Positions 27,549 through 33,681 of a DNA stretch of 33,681 bases are shown here, piece after piece. Each line of letters opens with the position of its first letter. The stretch's first letter is position 1. Under the pieces are notes generated by a model. The model worked only from the letters and a program-made list of their open reading frames with translations, was not told the DNA's origin and searched no databases. The position numbers and the translations under genes are program-made. Source of the DNA: an uncultured archaeon (GTDB lineage Archaea; Asgardarchaeota; Heimdallarchaeia; Heimdallarchaeales; Heimdallarchaeaceae); NCBI GenBank assembly GCA_964549075.1, contig CAZJUB010000017.1:1-33681 (forward strand), in the 5' to 3' direction.

Positions 27549-30500
27549 GCAAAAATGAAAAAAGATAATCAAGAGAAAAAGAAACTCTTGAGTCTTTTGA
27601 AAGATCCAGTTTTCATAAAAATTGAAAAACAAATTCTAGATTTATGGAAAAAACATGACGTTTTTGAGCGTCTTAGAGAACAAAATAAGAATGGAAAACA
27701 TTTTGTTTTCTATGATGGTCCAATTACAGCAAATAATCCAATGGGTGTTCACCATGCTTGGGGTAGAACCCTCAAAGATGTTTACCAGAGATTTAATGCT
27801 ATGAATGGAAAACATCAACGTTATCAGAATGGATTTGATTGTCAAGGTTTGTGGCTCGAGGTTGAAGTAGAGAAATCTCTAGGACTGAATTCAAAGAAGG
27901 AAATTGTGGAATATGGTCTGGAAAAATTTGCTAAAGATTGCAAAGCTAGAGTAAATTATTTTGCAGAAAAAATTACTAATCAATCTATACGTCTCGGGCA
28001 ATGGATGGATTGGTCCAATTCATATTTTACCTACGATGATTACAACATCGAACACATATGGTATTTCTTGAAGAAATGTCATGAAAAAGGATGGATTTAT
28101 AGAGGAGAAAAAGTTCTTCCTTGGTGTTATCGGTGTGGTACTTCTCTCTCAGTTCATGAACAAGCAGATAGTTATCAAGAATTAACACATAAAGCTGTAT
28201 TCATTAGATTACCTGTAGTAGGGCAAGAGAACACTTACTTTCTTGTATGGACAACAACTCCTTGGACTTTAACTGCGAATGTAGCTCTTGCAGTTAATCC
28301 TGACCTTGAATATTTGCTTGTTCAAGAAGAACAAGATAAATATGTCCTAGCTAAAGGTACAGAAGATGTACTAGAAGGAAGATGGGAACACCTAGATAGT
28401 TTCCCTGGAAGCTCGTTAATCAATAAACAGTTTGTCGGACCTTTTGAAGAATTATCCCCCCAAAAGAAAATAAAATCCCGTCTTGTTGTTAGTTGGGACG
28501 AAGTTACTGATACTGAAGGAACAGGAATAGTTCATATCGCTCCAGGGTGTGGTGCAGAAGATTATGAGTTATCAAAATTATCTGATTTGCCTGTAATTGC
28601 TCCTATTGATGAGGAAGCAAGATATACAGAAGAATACGACTATCTTGCTGGATTAAATGTTGAGGAAGCTTTTACAATTATTGTTAAGAAACTTGATTCT
28701 AAAGGCTTTCTTTACAAAATAGAAGATTACACTCATAGATATCCTGTTTGTTGGCGGTGTAAAACTGAATTGGTTTTCAAATTAGAGAAAGAATGGTTCA
28801 TCTCAAGTGAAGAGATACGACCAAAAATGTTAGAAGTAGCACAAGCTGTAACTTGGCAACCTGAACATGTTGGTAAAGCTATGGAAAATTGGTTAACAAA
28901 TATGGGTGATTGGTGTATAAGTAGAAAACGCTACTGGGGTTTACCTCTTCCCTTCTATTTTTGTGATTGTGGTCATCTGACTATAATTGAATCAAAAGCT
29001 GAATTGAAAGATCTTGCAGTTCAACCTTCTCTTGTTGAGCAATTACCTGAATTACATAAACCTTGGATAGATGAAGTACTTATTCATTGTCCTAAATGTC
29101 ATAATCCTGTTGAAAGAATTAAAGAAGTGGGGGATTGTTGGTTAGATGCAGGTATCATACCTTTCTCAACACTAGCTTATCTTAATGATGAGAATAGATC
29201 TTATTGGAAAGAATGGTTTCCAGCTGAATTGGTTTTGGAAATGAAAGAGCAAGTTAGATTATGGTTCTATTCATTATTGTTTATGTCTGTGACTCTAGAA
29301 AACCAAGCTCCTTACAAAACTGTTGTTTCATATGCAGAACTAAGAGATAGTATAGGTAACCGTTTTTCTAAATCATCGAAAACTAATGTCGTTTTTGACG
29401 AAATAGTAGAAGATTTAGGAGCAGATATATTGCGTTGGTTGTTTAGTTCAATAAATCTAAAATTTGATTTGAATTTTAATAGAGATGAAGGGAAAGAAAT
29501 CAAAAGAAAATTAATGACTTTCTTTAACATAATCTATTTCCTATTATCTTCTTCCCAAGCTGATAATCTGTCTTTAGGTGAAATAAAAGGACTAACAACT
29601 AAGCCAAAAGATAAGCTAATTGATAAATGGATTCTAGCAGAATTGAATAAAGCAGTTGATGAAATAAGAGTTTTCTATGAGAACTATAGTGTAAGAGAAG
29701 TCCTTCTAGTTATAGAAAATTTCTTAGAACTTCTTTCAAATTGGTATGTTAGATTAAATAGGAGACGATTCTGGAAGAATGAGTTTGATGGAGATAAACA
29801 AGATGCTTATGGAACATTGTATGAATGTGTTTTAGTAATGAGTAAGCTTCTTGCTCCTATTTTGCCTTTTACAACCGATTTCGTATATCAAGCAATAACT
29901 TCTGAAGAACAAAAAGAATCTGTTCCGAGCATACATTTGTGCTCATTTCCAGTATCGAAGTTAGACAAAACAGATGTTAAACTTATCAATGATTTCGAAC
30001 TTGTTAAAAAAGTAGTTTCTATGGCACACACATTGAGAAATAAATCTCAAATAAGAGTTAGGCAACCTTTGAGTACTATTAGCTTGTGGGCAATTAATCC
30101 TGAGAACTACACAGTATTTAAACGATTTAAACAGAATATCCTTTCAGAATTGAATGTAAAAGAAATGAAGCTATTATCAAAATTATCTCAAGGATTTCAA
30201 CTGAAAATAGTTCTTGATTATGAGAAATTAGGACCAAAATATAAGCAAGATCTGAGAAGAATAAATAAAGAAGCTGAAGTTTATAATCAAAAGGATCTAA
30301 AAGAACTCTTTGATGACAAGCAGAAACTATTCTTCAAACTAGATGATAAAACAATTGTATTGGAACCTGATGAATATAGCATCTCAATAGAAGACAGAGA
30401 AGGTTTTGCTAGTATCGTTGAAGAAAATATTGGTGTAATATTGGACCTAAATCTAACTGATGAACTGATAACTGAAGGTTATGCTAGAGATATAGTTAGA

Positions 30501-30740
30501 AATATACAAAAAATGAGACAAGACTTAGATTTAGATATTACTGAGAACATTCTTGTAGCTATTAATTTCGAAAAATCTGATGATGACAAACTTCAAAATT
30601 TAAAGAAATATAATAGATACATTTCTGAGGAAACTCTAGCTAAAGAACTGAAATTTAGTGCTACTCTCAATAATCCTTTAAAAGAACAAATTCTAGAATT
30701 AGAATCTCAAAATCTAAGAATCTCTATTTCTAGAATTTAG
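27531..30740 (+). CDS. ileS: Isoleucyl-tRNA synthetase, type 2, with non-canonical GVHH and RFSKS signatures
   Basis: FYDGPITAN, GFDCQGL, WTTTPWT, GTGIVHIAPG, HRYPVCWRC, DWCISRKRYWG, SNWYVRLNRRRFW, EGYARDIVRNIQKMR; GTG start after GGAGG. Confidence 0.97.
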   Translation: MTHKDSAKMKKDNQEKKKLLSLLKDPVFIKIEKQILDLWKKHDVFERLREQNKNGKHFVFYDGPITANNPMGVHHAWGRTLKDVYQRFNAMNGKHQRYQNGFDCQGLWLEVEVEKSLGLNSKKEIVEYGLEKFAKDCKARVNYFAEKITNQSIRLGQWMDWSNSYFTYDDYNIEHIWYFLKKCHEKGWIYRGEKVLPWCYRCGTSLSVHEQADSYQELTHKAVFIRLPVVGQENTYFLVWTTTPWTLTANVALAVNPDLEYLLVQEEQDKYVLAKGTEDVLEGRWEHLDSFPGSSLINKQFVGPFEELSPQKKIKSRLVVSWDEVTDTEGTGIVHIAPGCGAEDYELSKLSDLPVIAPIDEEARYTEEYDYLAGLNVEEAFTIIVKKLDSKGFLYKIEDYTHRYPVCWRCKTELVFKLEKEWFISSEEIRPKMLEVAQAVTWQPEHVGKAMENWLTNMGDWCISRKRYWGLPLPFYFCDCGHLTIIESKAELKDLAVQPSLVEQLPELHKPWIDEVLIHCPKCHNPVERIKEVGDCWLDAGIIPFSTLAYLNDENRSYWKEWFPAELVLEMKEQVRLWFYSLLFMSVTLENQAPYKTVVSYAELRDSIGNRFSKSSKTNVVFDEIVEDLGADILRWLFSSINLKFDLNFNRDEGKEIKRKLMTFFNIIYFLLSSSQADNLSLGEIKGLTTKPKDKLIDKWILAELNKAVDEIRVFYENYSVREVLLVIENFLELLSNWYVRLNRRRFWKNEFDGDKQDAYGTLYECVLVMSKLLAPILPFTTDFVYQAITSEEQKESVPSIHLCSFPVSKLDKTDVKLINDFELVKKVVSMAHTLRNKSQIRVRQPLSTISLWAINPENYTVFKRFKQNILSELNVKEMKLLSKLSQGFQLKIVLDYEKLGPKYKQDLRRINKEAEVYNQKDLKELFDDKQKLFFKLDDKTIVLEPDEYSISIEDREGFASIVEENIGVILDLNLTDELITEGYARDIVRNIQKMRQDLDLDITENILVAINFEKSDDDKLQNLKKYNRYISEETLAKELKFSATLNNPLKEQILELESQNLRISISRI

Positions 30741-30904
30741 TTTTCTATACTTTTTCTGAAAAATAAGATTCCTGCTGTGTGGAAAAGTGAATCTGTAAAT
30801 GATATCATAGAAATTGATGAAGTGTAGATTGTTTGTTCAGTAAAGGAAAGACAATAAATTATCTAATTAAACTTAAATATTTCAGAAGTAATATTTCTAT
30901 TATC

Positions 30905-31120
30905 ATGGTTTTATACAAATTAAATGGAATCAAAAAAGAAGGAGTTTATGAGCTTCTTGATGGGAGAAGTGATGAGTTTAATTATATTGTAACAAAGAGA
31001 GATGACAAGTATTTTATTCACGCATACAACGAATCAGAGAGGAAATGCTTTGGTCAAATAGAACCAATAGAGGTTGGAGATACATTACTGTGTGAATTAA
31101 CATTTGAAGAAGAACCTTAA
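30905..31120 (+). CDS. Small hypothetical protein (~71 aa, beta-rich)
   Basis: Open frame with normal composition; ATG 30905 lies downstream of TATA-like TTAAATA. Track start is 30833. Confidence 0.6.
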   Translation: MVLYKLNGIKKEGVYELLDGRSDEFNYIVTKRDDKYFIHAYNESERKCFGQIEPIEVGDTLLCELTFEEEP

Positions 31121-31378
31121 TTGAGACAAAAATTTGTAGCTAAATCAGTTTTTATATTGCTTAGCATAATTAGTTCCATTCTGACTGCTGTTTTCTATAT
31201 CGCTTTTAATAGTAGTTCTGCAAATGGATATGTGGTAGGTATTGTAATCACATCAGTTTTTTCGGGATTGGTATTGCTTTTATGTATATATTATAATGCT
31301 AGAACTCCGCATAAACTATCTGTCATAAAACGAAATATATTGATAGCATTTGAAGATTGGTTCAACGATTATCTTTGA
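31121..31378 (+). CDS. Small 2-TM hypothetical membrane protein
   Basis: Two hydrophobic helices; abuts the previous stop; overlaps the convergent gene by 10 bp. Confidence 0.5.
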   Translation: MRQKFVAKSVFILLSIISSILTAVFYIAFNSSSANGYVVGIVITSVFSGLVLLLCIYYNARTPHKLSVIKRNILIAFEDWFNDYL

Positions 31379-31803
31379 CCTTTATTAGTTCCTCCGCATT
31401 CAGGACATTTTCCAATTGCAGAGTCAGATCCAATAACCACAGTATGAACAATAATATGCCTTTTTCTTGGAAGAAGAAACATACTCTGGATAGTTTTCTG
31501 TTGTATATGGAGCATCTTTAGCACTAGAATCCGAAGCATAACTCGTTCGCATTCTTTTTCTACTTCTTGTGCTTGCAATAACAGATCCTATTATCATAAA
31601 TGTTATCGAAGAACCTAAAACGCCAAAGAATATAGATCCCCCGTAGATGTAAATTCATATCCTTCAAAACCTGAGATGATGGCTGCAATAAAAAATCCAA
31701 TAGCTGTTAAAAATGCAGATACTTCAATAACTATGACTATAATCAGCAAAATCCTCGAAGGTCTCATTCCTCTCTTTTCAGATGATTTCTGTCTCTTAAA
31801 CAA
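31369..31803 (-). pseudogene. Doubly frameshifted 2-TM/zinc-ribbon gene (pseudogene or sequencing errors)
   Basis: Frame 1 gives TM1 (RILLIIVIVIEVSAFLTAIGFFIAAIISG). A shift near 31651-31653 leads to IYGGSIFFGVLGSSITFMIIGSVIA...KKKAYYCSYCGY. A shift back near 31427-31436 gives SDSAIGKCPECGGTNKGQR*. Confidence 0.8.
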
Positions 31804-31891
31804 ACCAACCACTGTTAAATTTGTTAAACACCAATTTATAAGATTTAGCAAATCTAATCATTAAATTGTAAGATAGTCGAGATTAATGATT

Positions 31892-32323
31892 TTACGAAAC
31901 TTTAATCGGAGCCCCACATTTAGCACATTCAGTGCTTCTGGCACTATTAGTGTAACCACAGAATTCGCAAAGGGATGTCTTGATATCTGATTCTAGTGGA
32001 AAATCTGAAAATGTATAAGTAGTAACCATAGTCTTGTTCTGAAATGAATTACTTTGTTCCCCTTGTTTTCCTTTGATCATACTTATAGCAACTTGTATGA
32101 ATCCATAAACCATAAAAGAACCAACTAAACCTGCGAAAATTCCCCCACCAATTCTCATTGCTCTAAAACCAACATCGAAATCCTCAGCAACGAAAGAAAT
32201 AACGAACAGAATTATTACACTTAAGAAAGCAAGTGCTGCTAATATGATTACTCCAGACTTAATTAGTCTTTTTTTTTCAACTGTTTTCAGCTTTTCTTTA
32301 TAAGAAGTAAACTTAATCATCAT
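31892..32323 (-). CDS. 2-TM membrane protein with C-terminal zinc ribbon
   Basis: Two TM helices, CEFCGY-x8-CAKCGA; start uncertain. Confidence 0.75.
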   Translation of the reverse strand: MMIKFTSYKEKLKTVEKKRLIKSGVIILAALAFLSVIILFVISFVAEDFDVGFRAMRIGGGIFAGLVGSFMVYGFIQVAISMIKGKQGEQSNSFQNKTMVTTYTFSDFPLESDIKTSLCEFCGYTNSARSTECAKCGAPIKVS

Positions 32324-32450
32324 TATAGCTTGTTTAATTTTGTTTATAAAATTTAACAAATAACAAATTTATGTTCAGAAGAATTATGGTTAAATTTTAA
32401 AGTATAGATGTTTTAGATTTATTAGATTATATTTGTTGGATTGTGATAAA

Positions 32451-33017
32451 ATGTCTGATAAGAAAGTTCTCATTTTCTATGGTACAAGGTATGGTGCTAC
32501 TGAGGGAGTCGCTGGAAGAATGGCAGAAATTATAAGAGAAAACGGAAATCAAGCAGAAGTATTGAATCTCAAAGATTTGCCAGAAGACAAGATCCCCGAT
32601 TTTTCCGGATACGATGGAATAATGATAGGTTCAAGTATTAAAATTGGTCAATGGACAAAGGATGTTAAGAACTTTGTTGAAAATTATGCAGATAGATTGA
32701 ATGCATTCAAAGGAAAATTAGGTTTTTACGTTTGTTCAGGTTACGCTGCAAATCCTGAAACCTATGAGAAAGTGAAAATCGAGTATACAATAGATGCTTG
32801 TGAAAAACTAGGAATTAAGAAATTAGATATGTACGATGCTTTTGGTGGATTGATGGACTTTACTGAAACTTCTAGAATGGGCTGGCTAGAAAAACGAATC
32901 CTGAAAATGGCTGCTCAAGCAACAACTGGACAAAAAGCTGAAGATGGAACTTATACTGATCTAAGAGATTGGGATAAGATTGAAAAATTCACTTTGGAAT
33001 TTAACAAGAAACTGTAG
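32451..33017 (+). CDS. Long-chain flavodoxin, HemG-like (Flavodoxin_5)
   Basis: YGTRYGATEGVA, YDGIMIGSSI, AFGG, DLRDWDKIEKF. Confidence 0.88.
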   Translation: MSDKKVLIFYGTRYGATEGVAGRMAEIIRENGNQAEVLNLKDLPEDKIPDFSGYDGIMIGSSIKIGQWTKDVKNFVENYADRLNAFKGKLGFYVCSGYAANPETYEKVKIEYTIDACEKLGIKKLDMYDAFGGLMDFTETSRMGWLEKRILKMAAQATTGQKAEDGTYTDLRDWDKIEKFTLEFNKKL

Positions 33018-33036
33018 AAGAAAAATTGCAGGAAGT

Positions 33037-33159
33037 TTAGAAGATTATATATTGACCATTGAAGTAGGTAATATCTTTCTTTTCTACCTTCCTATCTTCA
33101 TGATTGTAATTCCATTCTTTTTGATTTCTTTTTCTTGAGTCTTTTGTTTTTTCGGCCAT
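33037..33159 (-). CDS. Unannotated small protein, 40 aa
   Basis: MAEKTKDSRKRNQKEWNYNHEDRKVEKKDITYFNGQYIIF*; AGGTG RBS 6 nt upstream of ATG; below the track length cutoff. Confidence 0.6.
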   Translation of the reverse strand: MAEKTKDSRKRNQKEWNYNHEDRKVEKKDITYFNGQYIIF

Positions 33160-33170
33160 TTTTTGCACCT

Positions 33171-33235
33171 AAGTATACAATAGCTGGTCACAAGTTAAGA
33201 GACTGGTGAGAGAAAGTGACCAATAGCTGGTCACA
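33171..33235. repeat. Tandem ~22-bp repeats containing palindrome GTGACCA-N5-TGGTCAC
   Basis: AAGTATACAATAGCTGGTCACA (33171-33192) and AAGTGACCAATAGCTGGTCACA (33214-33235) are 19/22 identical; a degenerate unit lies between them. Confidence 0.8.
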
Positions 33236-33258
33236 TACAAAACGAAAAAAGCACCAAC

Positions 33259-33672
33259 TCAATAAAGAAATTCTTTTTCCCACTCTTCAATAACTAAATC
33301 GGAGAGGTCTCTAATCATTGAAGCTTGAATTTCATCAAGAATATTGCAAGATTCATCATCACCAATTATGTTATAAATTTTTGTTGTCAAATCTGATAAA
33401 AGACTCTTTACAATATCAATCGGAATACCATCTTTCAATTCTTTGATTAATACCACACTAAAACAGCTGGTGTTTTTTAGGTAAATCTCTCTAGTAGAAG
33501 TAGATACTTGCTCAGGTTCTCCAACTTGAGTTTCTGTCATAAAATCCCTGATTGCAGTAATTAATCCAGTAAATAATATAGCATCGGATAATTTGTCCTC
33601 CTTACTTACTCTGTTATAATAATAAACTGGCAAACCACCAGGGGACATAATATAAAGAGCTGTTATCATCAC
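33259..33672 (-). CDS. Stand-alone longin-like domain protein (Asgard type)
   Basis: ITALYIMSPGGLPVY, DAILFTGLITAIRDFMTE, followed by beta strands and helices; ~135 aa. Confidence 0.75.
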   Translation of the reverse strand: MMITALYIMSPGGLPVYYYNRVSKEDKLSDAILFTGLITAIRDFMTETQVGEPEQVSTSTREIYLKNTSCFSVVLIKELKDGIPIDIVKSLLSDLTTKIYNIIGDDESCNILDEIQASMIRDLSDLVIEEWEKEFLY

Positions 33673-33681
33673 ATTTGTTTT

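Noticed and set aside
31424-31617. Pyrrolysine or selenocysteine readthrough of TAG 31615-31617 or TGA 31424-31426
   Set aside because: Readthrough of either stop does not restore both TM2 and the complete zinc ribbon; only frameshifts do.
2736-31864. Other short overlapping track ORFs (e.g. 2736-3023, 4626-4820, 5800-6090, 10094-10495, 19535-21879 minus set, 22912-23376, 23522-23836, 25412-25728, 27642-27845, 29312-29530, 31676-31864)
   Set aside because: They lie antisense to or out of frame within well-supported genes and have shadow-like composition.
33171-33235. Mini-CRISPR array
   Set aside because: Only two good copies with a 21-bp spacer that itself resembles the repeat; no cas genes or leader.
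1-33681. Mobile elements, tRNA or rRNA genes
   Set aside because: No transposase or integrase ORF, no terminal inverted repeats and no GC-rich structured RNA segment were seen.

Overview
AT-rich archaeal chromosomal window, most likely from an Asgard archaeon (Heimdallarchaeia-like). This is inferred from a stand-alone longin-like protein, GGTG/GAGGTGA ribosome-binding sites, TATA-like promoters, a single-OB SSB and 2-TM/zinc-ribbon paralogues. It holds about 35 genes. I saw no rRNA, tRNA, CRISPR array or transposase. Main points: (1) An ORF missing from the supplied track (<1..2504, minus) fuses an Fe-type alcohol dehydrogenase in frame to a tungsten-type aldehyde:ferredoxin oxidoreductase, directly behind an SCP2 lipid-carrier gene. 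(2) A serine-palmitoyltransferase-type PLP enzyme sits next to a classical SDR, a candidate sphingoid-base pathway, in a window that also encodes TMEM97/EXPERA, DegV, SCP2 and stomatin. (3) An ABC importer has two ATPases with complementary degenerate motifs (one active and one degenerate site), a vWA-less binding protein and a DUF47 gene. (4) An IleRS2 has GVHH/RFSKS signatures and a leader with mutually exclusive pairings and a uORF. (5) Further items are an SSUH2-like zinc-finger protein, a class-II GATase with Thr in place of Cys1, an anchored M23 peptidase, a doubly frameshifted gene and an unannotated 40-aa ORF behind tandem palindromes. All family calls come from motif recognition by eye; no database searches were run.
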